DNA of 64,000 bases from the human T2T-CHM13v2.0 reference genome, Homo sapiens: NCBI RefSeq assembly GCF_009914755.1, contig NC_060932.1, one strand, 5' to 3'. The notes beneath the pieces are model-generated. The model was not told the origin of the DNA. It saw only the letters and a program-made list of their open reading frames with translations, and searched no databases. Positions 42,117 to 56,424 of this stretch are shown piece by piece. The position numbers were made by a program, and so were the translations under genes. The number at the start of each line of letters is the position of its first letter. Position 1 is the stretch's first letter.

Positions 42117-42619
42117 AAGAATTTAGAACCAGGTTCGTTGGCCTCAAAGTTCTTGGTCTCGCTCTCATGATGAGCTCCTTCCACCACTCTAGTCTCCTAG
42201 GATCACCTGCTAAACGCAGGGCCAGACACACAGAGGCATTCAAGATATCCCTATAAATGCAGCCACTTCATAGCAATGTCAGGACTAAATGTGGTTTTGT
42301 ACTTCCTACTAAACATGAGCTTAATAAATGTTTGTGGAATAAACAGATGAATCTGATGAATAGTTCCTGGACTCTCGGAGTTTAAACTCTGGGAACAGGG
42401 CAGGGACTCCTGAGGAAAGCAGACAACTCCTCAACCTTCTCGTGGGAGGGAAGGAGACCTTCTTTCCTGAACACCAATTATGCTTCCCAGGTGGCATGGG
42501 GTCCTTAGGCCACAATGCCAAACACTTTTGCAGTTAAACTTCCGATGAAGGAAAACTGGTCTGTCTTCTCTGCCCGTTACAATTGTCTTTACTCTTTTTG
42601 ATTCTGAATGTTCTTTTTT

Positions 42620-43480
<861 letters not shown>

Positions 43481-45087
43481 GCTGCTCGTTCTTGGGCTCA
43501 TTATTCGTGTTTATCTTTAAACACAGAACGTGACTCCATTCATATGACGGTGCTAGAAGTCAGTACAGTGGTTTTCTCTGGGACGATGGCAGAGGAAACT
43601 ATGAAGGGCCCAGGAACACTTTCTGGGAAAGGGAAATGTTCTGTGTCTTGCTGGTTTGGTGCATTTGAATACTTGCATTTGTCAAAACTCATCAAACTGT
43701 TTATTTACAAATTGAGCATTGCACGGCATGTGACTTATGCCCGATTTTTTAAAAAAATGTACAAATGAAAAAACATAGAAAGAGAGGAAAAAGCAAAATA
43801 TCTGTATTTTAATTATCACATGACCTGACTGGCTGCTTATCTTACCCACCTTCCCATGGACACAGGGCCAGTGCCTGGCAGGCAAGGCCACGTGCAAGAA
43901 AAGCTCTTAATTGATGTGATTAACTACATCTCAATAGGGAGCCTGGTTAACAACAGGGGAGTGAAAAGGAGGCTATTTTTCACTCTCCCAACTGGTGAAT
44001 GCCTGGAAGGGGTGATGGGGGCACTTGGAGGGCTGCCCCCTGCGGTGCAGGGGGAGACAAGACAGCTGCTTTTTCCTTTGGCATTAAGATAATTTTAAAA
44101 AATTATTTTCTCTCAATTGCTACAAAACCTACTCTTCATTTTCATCTATGAGGAGGAAGAAACCAAGTTAATTTTTGTTTAGTGTGTTTCTGAAGGCCAC
44201 ATTATCTACCAGAACACAACATTTCCTAGGATACTCTTTAACCCTTCCTAAATGCACCTGTTCAGAGGAGCAGGCAACAACAGGAAACAAACAAATAAAA
44301 AAGAAGTGAAGGATTTCCTCTTTCCCCCTTAGAAGGTGGAAAGAAATGTATGGATTGACATAAATTCACAGAAGGTGAGAACTGGGCAAGCAAACACATT
44401 ATCCATGTTCTTAAAAAGGCAAAATTATATAAATTTTGATAAAATTTCTAAAATAGTATCATGTCATTTGTAGGCTAGAAAAAATATGTATTTGCTAGTA
44501 AAAATATAGACGTATAAAAACACCATTACTTGGGGGAGGATGTGGTTATTTGTGTATTTTTTTTCTTATTGCTAATCTGTGATTTATTTTTTTCCAATAA
44601 CCACTAGTTGCTTGTGAATTAAATTGTTGAGAAATTACTTGGGTTGTTATTTCTGATTTGAGAGATCAGTTTCCTCAGTCTCCCCCTTTCTAGAACAGGC
44701 TTCCTTCTCCCATCCCTCCTGTGTTTAAAGCTAGGGAACTTTCAGGCAGCACTGCACAGGGCACTGAATGTGAACTTTGTGGTTAGCTGGGTCAGGGTTT
44801 GATCTTGCAGTATCTGGGGCAAGTCACAGATCTTTTCTGTGTCCTGGTTTCCTCACTGGAAGAAAGGGACAGATAATGCTCTCCCCAGTGGATTGATGTG
44901 AGACATACTAGGAAATCCCTAGCACAGTACTTGGCCTTTTGAATTAGTTTACCCTTTCTTTCCAACCTACCCCTTTATCCTGGTCTTTCCTGGCACCATG
45001 AAAACCAGCACTCAGCAGTACAGTTTGATGACTTCTTATTGCTAGGTTTCATCTGTAATCGTTGCAGATGCTTAAATACACACGCAG

Positions 45088-45384
45088 GCCAGGCACAGTG
45101 GCTCAAGCCTATAATCCCAGCACTTTGGGATTCTGAGGTGGGAGGATCACTTTAGGTCAGAAGTTCAAGATCATCTTGGCCAACATGTTAAAACCCCATC
45201 TCACCAAAACTACAAAAATTAGCCAGGTGCGGTGGAGGACGCCTACAGTCCTAGCTACTCTGGAGGCTGAGACACAGGAATTGCTTGAACTCGGGAAGTG
45301 GGGATTGCAGTGAGCTGAGATTGCACCACTACACTCCAGCCTGGGCAACAGAGTGAGACTCTGTCTCAAAAAATAAATAAATAA
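45088..45384 (+). mobile_element. AluS (diverged)
   Basis: ggccaggcacagtggctca...gagactctgtctc followed by (AAAT)n. Confidence 0.93.
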
Positions 45385-45459
45385 ATTTTGAGATTTATGT
45401 GTGTGCCAGACACACACACACACACATATGTACACAAGCAACTTTTGTGTGTGTGGCTC

Positions 45460-45855
45460 AAGCCAGGCAGAGAAAGACAAATACTAAATGATCTCACTCA
45501 TATGTGAAATCTAAAAAAGTTGATCTCAAAGAAGTAGAAAGGAGCCTGGTGGTTATCAGAGTCTGGGGAGGGGGTTGGGGAGATATTGGCCAAAGGATAT
45601 ACAATTTCAGTTAGGTAGGAGGAATAAGTTCAAGAAGTCGATTTTGACTATAGTTAATAATGTGTTGTATTCATGAACAAGGCTAAGAGAGTGGATGTAA
45701 AGTGTTCTTACCACAAAAAGGATAACTACATGAGGTAATGCACATGTTAATTAGCTAGATTTAGTAATTCCATAATGTATCCACTGTGTCCTTCAAAACA
45801 TCGTGTTGTAAATAGTAAATACATACAATTTTATCTGTGAATTAAAAAAAAAGAT
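45460..45855 (+). mobile_element. L1MA 3' UTR fragment
   Basis: agccaggcagagaaagacaaatac...atctcactcatatgtgaaatctaaaaaagttgatctc...tacaattttatctgtgaattaaaaaaa. Confidence 0.88.
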
Positions 45856-46335
45856 TAAAGAAAACCCCCATCCCCACGGATGAGTTAAGACTGCTCACTG
45901 ACGGAGCTAGTATGTATTACTAACCAAAGCTAGAACTCATTGCCGCAAGCATCTGGGTGACAGCGCTATTGATAGTCCTTCCTGCAGTACCCGTCCCTGG
46001 CAGAAACACCTTCAGTCTTCAGGCTGGGTGCCCAATGATATGCTAGAAATATTAACTCCTTCTGTAAATCACCAGAGGGGATGCAGTCTCAGACTGAGTT
46101 TGAGTATTGTTTTCCGGGTCTGGAGGAGGGGCTCAGCAGAGAGCGATTCATGGTTTTACAAAATGTATTTACTCTGGTGGAATGTGTGGGCTCACGTGGG
46201 CAGAAGCACATTTGCACACATGCAAAATGTAAGCCATGCACCGTCATCTTTTCACCCTTGTTTGGTCACCTTTTAACCCTCCTTCCTCCTCCCTAATTGC
46301 CTCCCCCAGCCCATTTCCTCAGCCTCTTTTTATGG

Positions 46336-46480
46336 CAGTGGTTTTCAAACCTCAGTTTGCAAATGATCATCTGGGAAATGTGCTATAATGGAGATTCCTG
46401 GGTTCCCCCAACAGATTTTCTAATTCAGTGGTTCTAGGGTGGGGCCCTGCCTGCAAATGACATTTTTACCGAACATCTGA
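46336..46480. mobile_element. MER5-like fragment
   Basis: cagtggttttcaaac...gagattcctgggttcccc...attcagtggttctagggtggggcc. Confidence 0.65.
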
Positions 46481-46953
46481 GAGAGTCCCATTTGACCAGT
46501 TAAGTGCTATAAACAGAATGTCTGGGACTTACTGATATTTCAAAGACCCACAAACAAACTTGAGAACAAACATGTAAAATTCTTAGCTGAAAAATATGAA
46601 AACAAAACTGCAAAATAGAAATAGTTATACTGTATGTTTTATAGAACTTTATGTCAACTTGTCAAGTTCGCCTCAACTTTTACAGTTACATAGGAATTAT
46701 TTTTTAATGAAGGATATGAGTGCAATTAATGCATTTGATACAATGTGTGTGAGGCCTACAAAAGCCTTATAAAAGCTGTCACCCCATGGACCCTGCTCTG
46801 AGAAATATGCCCTTAGATGATTTCTTGCTTGTAGCATTTTAGATCTGGAAGGCCCCTTAGAAATGTGCTTCTTCAATACCCAGATTTTACTGTCAGAGAA
46901 ACAGAGGCCTACAGGGGGAAGGAATTGCCCAAGTTTACACAGCAAGTTCCTGA

Positions 46954-47412
<459 letters not shown>

Positions 47413-47699
47413 TGAAACTTGGCCCTGAACCCTGAGGGTAAGGGAGAAAGGTTAGTGGGGGGATCTCAGGGTTGAAATCAATAGGCATAGTATCTGTCAA
47501 GACCAGTCTTCAGCTTCAAGTCTTCAGCTCTCAAGTCCCTGTAGGGGGAAAGAGAGAGGAAATGCACCAAGGGGGGAAGAAGTGCTGAGTCATGTCACTT
47601 CAAGCAGACACATAAAAAACTGGCTAACTTCTTAGCAGCCCACTGAGTTCCGACAATGTGCTGGACATTGTGCACACTAAATTAAGCTGACGGAGTCCC

Positions 47700-47960
47700 T
47701 GCCCTGTGGAACCTTTCGTTCATTCACCTACTCATTTCACAAATATTTGCTGAGAGTCCTACTGTGTGCCCCACACTGCCAACAAGGCAGATAGGGAGCT
47801 TAGAACCTAGTCTGTGACACAGGCAACAACAGATGACAGATCCATAAACAATTAAGGCATTTCAGTTAAGATATTTCAGATAGTGACAATTACTATGAAG
47901 AAAATAGAAGAAGATAATGAGAAGGAAAGTGGCTGGGTGCAGAGCATGCCATTTTAAAAT
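47700..47960 (-). mobile_element. L2 3' fragment
   Basis: ttcattcacctactcatttcacaaatatttgctgagagtcctactgtgtgcc. Confidence 0.7.
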
Positions 47961-47999
47961 AAGTTCTTGCTAGTTGAATGGATGAATAGTAAATTCCAT

Positions 48000-48385
48000 G
48001 TGACCTGAAAGGGGATATACTTAGGCCATTTATTGTTTCTGACTCTGCCTTCCACAGGGTAAGACTGAACTTTCTTGCCCATTGTGAGCAATTCTGGCCA
48101 AGGAGTAGTGAGCAGAATTGACATGTCATTTCTGGCCTTCATGTTGGAATTCTAGTGAGAAACCCTCCAGAGGTCATTCTCTCTTCTGGCCTGCTGCTGA
48201 TCAGTGCTATGTGTAGAGGCTGCCACGTTGGCCTGGTCTGGATGATGCTGAGATTGAGCATGATCTCAGGTTGACCTGTGATGAACATGCAGCTGAAAAA
48301 AGAAATGAATCTTTGTTGCTTTAAGCCACTAAAATTTGGAAAGACATGTTAGTGCAGCATAACAGCGTCACTTCTGACTAATACT
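48000..48385 (+). mobile_element. Old MLT1 LTR
   Basis: agaaatgaatctttgttgctttaagccactaaaatttgg...gcagcataac...ctgactaatac. Confidence 0.7.
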
Positions 48386-50340
48386 AATACAACCTGCAAG
48401 GCAAAATAAGTTTGAACTGTCACTCTGGATCCATTGGTAGGGGTTTTCTTGGCCCTGAATGGGAAACAACTCTGAGGTCCCAACTGGGCCTGGTAGGAAA
48501 GTGGGCTCTAATGACTTGGTGTTGACCACCACGCCTGTAGGTGGGAGGTGGCAGCTCTGGTACCACATGCCTGTCTTCCTACTTTAACTTTCATAAAAGG
48601 TTCTTACCAGGATCTTTTTCTAGTCTGTCCTGAGCATCTATCCTCACAAATGACTCTCATCAGCTGCACTGCTTTATGTGGTCTTCACTCGTCTCTTTCC
48701 TAGTGCAGATTCTTCTCATTGGGTTTTAAGGTTCTCAAAATTCTGACCCTAACACACCCTCCCTCAGGGGACTTCTTGCTGGCCACTGAGCATGCAATAC
48801 CCCTCCCCTGCTCTAGGCCTTCATCACTGAATGCTATCCTTTCACCCCACCCCCTGCAAACCTACCTGTCCTGTGGGTATCCTTTAAATCTGGCTCTCAG
48901 AGGACTTTCCTTTGCAGCCACAGTGACCCTGCTCTCCTGAACCCAGACCACACAGTGCCCACACTCAATTAATCTTTGACAATCTTGTTTTATCTTATAC
49001 TTCATTGCTGCATGGTTATCTAACAATCCTCATGTTGAAGTCTCGACTCCCTAACTCGGTTATACACTCAAGGAATGGCCTGGGTTTTGCAATTTCTCAC
49101 TGCAACGTCTTGGTGATAACAGGCACTTGAGAAATAAGTTTTTAAAGAGTTGATTGGATTGGTGATGTGGGGCTAGAGAGTAGAAGGGGAAAACTGACGT
49201 GGAGTCATCTAATGGGCATTGTCCAGCCCATTCTGCCTGTCCTGTCTCCAAGGCCAGTCCTTCCTTCCACGGCTGGCACAGTCCCCGTGTGATGTCCCCT
49301 TCCTGAAATGGTTAGACTTCTAATCAAAAGGTCTATATTGGAGCAGCTCAGTACAAGCCATTGCAGTGGGAAACTCAGAAAAGGAACACACAGGATGTCT
49401 TGGCAGGATGAGACTAGGCAGCAATTCGACTTTAGGGGAAAGGGGAGGCTTCCTGGGGGAAAGGATGTTTAGGCTCTTCCCAGAAGGAGGTGTGGGGATT
49501 AACCCAACAGAGGAGCCAGAGGAATGCTCTGTGGAGATCCCAACCCAGGCCTGGGCTGGAGAACTGGAGTTAGGGGTGAGCTGGAGCAACCTGTGACCAG
49601 CGACCAGGGAGGGGGCTGGAGGAGTGATGTGGGGCCTCCCTGCTTGCAGGAAGGAGTTTGACCTTATCCTTAGCCCTGAGGGATGCCCCAGAGGGGTTTT
49701 AAGGATGGAAGAGACTGATCATGCTGTCTTCATGTCCTTATTTCATTTTCTGCCTTTCCTCTTCTGACTCTGCTCTTATTTTTCTATTCTTGGACTAACA
49801 TACTTTGTGTTTTTTTTTTTTTTTGGTTATCTTATTTGAAAATCAATATAACCACATCTATAAAAACAATTTTAAAGAATGCCCAAATCCCAGAGCCATC
49901 ATCTCACCCAATTACAACTCTTGCCTTCATGTCTGCTTGGCCTCTTGCCCCCTGTTCCTGCTGTGCATGCATACATTTTACAGGGATGTGTCCTCAGTGG
50001 ACGTGAGATTTTTTTTTTCTGTTTTGCAGTTTTTTACACAAACATTTTCATTTGTTGTTCCTGTTTTTCCTTCTTTCCCAGGAGGCTTTAGGCTCCCATT
50101 CTCCTCTCCCTGGCTTTCTCTCTGTCCCATCCACCGCTCTACCCTTCAGGCCTGCCTATATGAAAGAGGTCTCTTTCTATGCAGAAAACTCACTTTAACA
50201 AGATGTGGGTGCTCTTACACAGACCTCATATGAGGAAAATAGCACATCAGTGAACTTGGGGTCCCTGGCAGTCACAGTGATGTTCACCAGAAAATCAGAC
50301 AACGGTAATGTACCTCCCCCATCAGGTTGCCAAAAATTAG

Positions 50341-50649
<309 letters not shown>

Positions 50650-51899
50650 AGTTTTGGGGTTTATTTTAAGAATGTGTCAGAGCCTGGCATATGCCTCCAT
50701 TGCCGGTGGCAGCATAATTTGTTCTTTTGGAGTAACAATTTGTCAAGAGGCATCAAAGCCTTACTTTGACCTTGTATCCCTATTTGGGAAGTTTATTTAG
50801 AAGACAGTTTCCAGAAAATGAGAAAGCTGTGTGACAAAAGGGGGTTCTTGCAGCCTATTGCACTTCAGGGCAAATTAGAAACCAAGTGGACTCCAGGGTC
50901 CTTCTGTTTCACGGAATCTTTCCCAGACATCTGAAGGGTCATCATGGAGAAGAGGCGGCACCTTAAGGACAGCAGTGACAATCTCTGATGTGGCAATTAC
51001 ATAAGGTATTGCGTCCTTCCTGAGATTACACAAAACCTGTATAGAGAGAGGCTAGCTGTTCATTGGAAAAATGAAGGTTTTGCCTACTTGGAATAATAAG
51101 AGCATGACAGCTTCTTTTTTTCTCTTCTTTCATCTCATCTCTTCTCTTTTTTTATAGCTTGTCTTATTCAGTTAAACTTCAGTCATTACCATAGAATAAA
51201 GTAAAAGGCAATATATATTGAATGTGTAAGGCCCATGTTCCACTAGGAATGACGTCACGAAAGGACAGCCTGACCCTCGCTGCTGTATCAGGCATGGGCA
51301 CAGCGCACACTGCTGCACTCAGGGGTCAGAGCAGGAGGTGCTCCTGGGTTTCATGATCTTGCTTTTTGTCCCTCATGGTCATGTGTCATTTCATCTGCAC
51401 CATAATCGTGCTGGGTGGGTAACGTAAATCCCCATTTTATAGAGGAGAGAGCTGAGTCCTTAGGGCTCCTGGCAGTTGCCATCCAGGAAGCCCCTGCTAC
51501 GTTCCAAGCTTAGAATCTCCCCACACTATCTCCTTGGATGCTCACATAACAGCTCTGCAGAGCCACTCTTCAAACCTGCTCTTCATGATGGGGAAACTGA
51601 GGCACTGTGATTTGCCAAAGAGCCGTAGCCAGTAAGGATCAAGGCAGCATTCACGCCTGGGTTCTCTGACTGTAAATCTGGCTGTGTTTTTTTCTTTCGA
51701 ATTTTATTATGAATGCCTTCTTTGTTCATTGTCATTATTATCATCATCATTGATCTCTACCAGGCCCCCTACCCCCAGCCACTTGCCTCCTCTGTTGCAA
51801 GAGGAGATGAGGAGACAAATGTGGAATTTTTATTCCCATTCCCTTCCCTCCTCCATAGGCAGCCACTCCAGTGTGCTTGCTGCAGGCCCTGCATGAGGG

Positions 51900-52360
51900 C
51901 CTGCATGAGGATCCTCCCTGTCTTGTTCTGATTGGGTATCTGTTTTTAATTTAGACAAATGGGATTCTGCTATAGATCTCAATTTGGTTCTTTTGCTTAC
52001 TCAACACTCTTTTTCAGAGCCAGTCTTGGTGCTCTGTGTTCACCTGGTTCATCTGAGGAGCTGCATCTACCCTGCCCATGCCATAGATCCTGCCCTGTTT
52101 GCTTCTCCTGTTGCTGCTAGTGGACATGAGGTAACCACAGCCTAGTTCTGTGATAAGCTCTTCACACCTGTACCCATATGGACTGTGGGAGAGTTTCTCT
52201 GATATGGACTGTGATGCGGGTGAGTCATAGTGCACACTCACACTTAATTTCACAAGTACTGCCAGATTGTGTTCCAGAATGACTGTACCAGTTTACACTT
52301 CCACAGGCAGTGCTCAAGATTTCTGTTTCCCTCTGTCCTCGCCAGCACCTGGTATTGGCA
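51900..52360 (-). mobile_element. Old L1ME-like fragment
   Basis: tactgccagattgtgttccagaatgactgtaccagtttacacttccacaggcagtg. Confidence 0.65.
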
Positions 52361-53264
52361 GATGCATCAAAAAGGATGCATTTGACAGCTCAACCACCTC
52401 AGAGCACTTGATTAGCATCCCTGTGATGGCCCTTTCTGCTGCAGACATCACTTTGTCATAACAGCATTTTGAGCAGGAAGAAGCATCAGGCAGGAAAAAA
52501 GGGGCCCTTTTACTGTGACTCCCTATCTTCTGTTAGGGAAGAAAATTTTCCCCAGAAATCCCCAGTAGACTTCCCCTATGTCTCAGTGGCCAAACTGGGC
52601 CAGGTAAGCTCCCAGCCAGTCCCTGACAGAGATAACAAGATTGTCATGGCTGTTTCAAGCCAGGGCCAATTCTTCCCCCTGCCATGGACTTTTTTTGAGC
52701 ACATTGCTATCTCCCTTGTCCCTGAATAGAACTGGGAATATTTTAATAAAGAAGAAGAGACCAGTGGCTGATCAGTAACTTGGCAGCCAACAGAGTCTTC
52801 TACATCAGAGTTCTGCATTTGCCAACTTTTTGCATGCATGCTGCCTCTTCTATATAAGGGATCTTCCCCCACATCTGTTTGATTTGCAGAGAATGTCAGA
52901 AGCGGCGAGTCACTCATACATGTCCATTGCTTTGGGGATTAGATCCATCCAGCTCATTTTGGAAACGGCAATTCTTTTTGCCAGGCAGACATGAGACCCA
53001 TTTCCACACCAGCTGCTCCAGCTGAGGTTCCCATGCAGGTTCTGCGTGACAGAAATCAATAGAAAGATTCAAAGGGCAGAGCACCAAAGTTCCTGCCCTG
53101 CACCATGATGTCAAAGCAGAATGCCTGCTGAGGACAGGTGCAGATGAATACCTGTCAGAGAGTATCACTTCTGCAAGCAGCAACTTCCCCTTCTTATCAG
53201 CCACGTGGATGCCATAGTAACCTTGTGTTTCTGGCTAGCTCAAGAAATTAATTTATAGGATGTG

Positions 53265-53548
53265 TGCAGCAGGTCATGCCTGTAATCCCAGAACTTTTGG
53301 AGGCTGAGGCGGGAGGATCACTTGAGGCCAGGAGATTAATACCACCCTAGGCAACTAAGGAGACCCCCATCTCTATAAAAATTTAAAAAAAAAAAAAGCA
53401 GTTTTGGTGGCACATGCCTGTGGTCCCAGCTAGTTAGGAGGCTGAGGTGGGAGGATCGCTTGAGCCCAGGAGGTCAAGGCTACAGTGAGCTCTGATCATG
53501 CCATTGCTCTCCAGCCTGAGAGACAGATTTGAGACTCTGTCTCTAAAA

Positions 53549-53591
<43 letters not shown>

Positions 53592-53600
53592 AAATAAAAG
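53265..53600 (+). mobile_element. AluJ with (AAAT)n tail
   Basis: gaggatcgcttgagcccaggaggtcaaggctacagtgagc; AAAT repeat at 53546-53596. Confidence 0.92.
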
Positions 53601-53744
53601 AAATGGAAACCGTATAGTTATAATTTGTTGAGCACTTATCTTTGCCAGGTGGCCTGGGAAGCATTTTATTTCTACGATCTCATAGATATCTCTTGGCAGC
53701 CCTCTGAGAGCATTGATATATTATTGCTACATCACAGGCTCCTA

Positions 53745-54040
53745 CAGAATCCTGATTCTGACAATTATCAGCCATGTGGCCTTAGGAAAGTCACTTCATT
53801 TTTTGTACCTTAGCTTTCTCATTTCTACATGAAGAATGATAATAGTATATTGCACCTGCTCACAGAGTTAATAAACATAAAGTGCCTAGAATGGCACTTG
53901 ATACTTATTAGCTACTATTGTTGCCATTTTTTAAAATGAAGAAATTGAGAGGTTCAGAGGGGTCAATTTGCCAAAAGTTAGTTATTAAGTAGCAGGGCCA
54001 TGATTTGAATCCAAAAGCTTCTGGCTCCGAAACTGGGCTT
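53745..54040. mobile_element. Two MIR fragments in opposite orientation
   Basis: Sense core (aagtcacttc...ctttctcatttcta) followed by antisense core (atgaagaaattgagaggttcagagggg). Confidence 0.7.
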
Positions 54041-54677
54041 TTATCCAAGGGAACATCACCATTGCGCCCCTCATCAGTAGAATCAATTTTCAGGTGAAGA
54101 CTCGGTGACAAAGACCACAAAGACATAGTGTAATTCTTCTAACACATGACTGGATCATTTCTGGAAGGTGGCTGGGGACATGGATACTGGGCCACAGAAC
54201 AAGCATGCATGGGATGGAAAAGACACAGCGCTCAATTCCTAATTTGACCACTCAATCTTGCAGAGCCTCCACCTCCTTATTTTTAAAATCAGGTTTTCAT
54301 TATAGTTCCTCCCAGCAAGGATTTTAAAAGTGCCTTATAAGCTGACCATCTCCAGGTTCCTTATTCCAAAATTAGGATTTTATATGTCACTTTATATTAT
54401 GTGTCTCATCTCAGTTTCCACTTACACTGACAAAAAGTCTAAGAGTCATTTCCCCCCAACTCCATTTTAGTCACCGCGAGGCTCAGGAAAACAGAATTTC
54501 AGAATCTTCTGGAAGAGATGTTTCCTTTCTTAACCAAGCTAAATGGACTGGAGGCAGGCACCGCTGGTGTTTTTAGAAGGCTGGTTAACCACAGTGCCTA
54601 GCGGTTTGGGGAAAAATAAATCAGGTAGCTTTCTGTCGCACGAGACATTCCCTTACCACATTTGTCCACTTGAGCAC

Positions 54678-55002
54678 TTTTATTTTATTTTATTTTATTT
54701 TTATTTTTATTATTTTTATTTTTTTGACAGAGTCTCACTGTTGCCCAGGTTGGAGTACAGTGGTGCAATCTCAACTCACTGCAACCTCCACCTCCTGGGT
54801 TCCAGCAATTCTCCTGCCTCAGCCTCCTAAGTAGCTGGGATTACAGTTGTGCGCCACCATGCCTAGCTAATTTTTGTATTTTTAGTAGAGATGGGGTTTC
54901 ACCATGTTGGCCAGGCTGGTCTCGAACTCCTGACCTCGAGTGATCTGCCCTTCTCGGCCTCCCAAAGTGCTGGATTACAGGCGTGAACCACCGCACCCGG
55001 CC
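54678..55002 (-). mobile_element. AluS
   Basis: Antisense dimer with (TTTTA)n tail; TSD cac(t/c)tgagca(c/t)ttt. Confidence 0.95.
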
Positions 55003-55457
55003 CACCTGAGCATTTTTAGATGTAGACCTGGTGATGGGTCTGAGGGGCAGCATGTTCTGTCTGAATGGGGATCTCAAGCTCAGTGATGTGGCTTTAAGCA
55101 AAAAGGATGGCTTCAAGGTCTAGATTTCCTTGGGAGCACGTTTTAACCTAAACCTGCATAACTAGTAACTCGAAGATCTTTTAATTTTATTGTTTTTTAA
55201 TTTAACTGACCCCGTTCTCCCTCCTTTTCTCCCTCCATCCCTTCATTCCTCCCTCCCTTCCTTTTGACACAGGTCACCCGATATAGAATCACACACCTGG
55301 GAGATGGCACCAGCCAGTGAGGCTCAAATTTGAACCACACACAAATCTCCAGGGGTACTTGGTAAATGCAGACTTTTGACCAATTTTTCGGCGTGGGGCT
55401 GAGCATCTACTCTAGCAATGAGCTCCCAGGCAGTACTGATGCCGCTGGTCCATGCAT

Positions 55458-55568
55458 CAACCCACTTCAACTTGTGAGGAATGGTCTGCTACCCTCCCTA
55501 GCCCTCCTCATGCGCCAACCCATTTCAACTTGTGAGGAAGGGTCTGGTCCCCTCCCTAGCCCTCCTCA
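55458..55568. repeat. Tandem duplication, 58 bp period, ~1.9 copies
   Basis: caaccca(c/t)ttcaacttgtgaggaa(t/g)ggtctg...cctccctagccctcctca at 55458 and 55516. Confidence 0.92.
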
Positions 55569-56092
55569 CACAGGCAGTTGCAGATACTGTCTAGAATACC
55601 AGATTGATTGTGCACACATTTGACCTTCCTGACCATCCTGGGAGCTGTGAGAATAACAACAATTTTTTTTTCTTTTTTTTTTTTTTTAAGATGAGAAAAC
55701 TGCTAGTCAGAGATGCTAAAAATAACTAGGCACAGCTGATAAGTAGCAAAGATGAAAGTCCAAGTGCAGAGGCAGTTCCAAGTCTCTGTAGTCTTCTCCA
55801 AGAGCTGATGGATGAATGTGGCCCTCCTGGGATGGAAGGTGTCCTTGTGCTAGTCATGAACCCAACAGAAAGCAAGTGCCATTTTCTCTTCTCTTCCCCT
55901 CTTTATCTCTGAGATCTTAACTTGGCTGCTTCTTTTCAGAAGACAGTGATGCACTGTATTCAAGTGATAGCCCCAGCAGTAACATTGATGCAGAGAAAAT
56001 GGAATACTTTTTACAAGAGACCAGAAGACACATGAAGCTAGAAAAAGGAGCCCAGAAAACTGCCACATTTTGCCCATATAGAAAAGCATATC

Positions 56093-56424
<332 letters not shown>

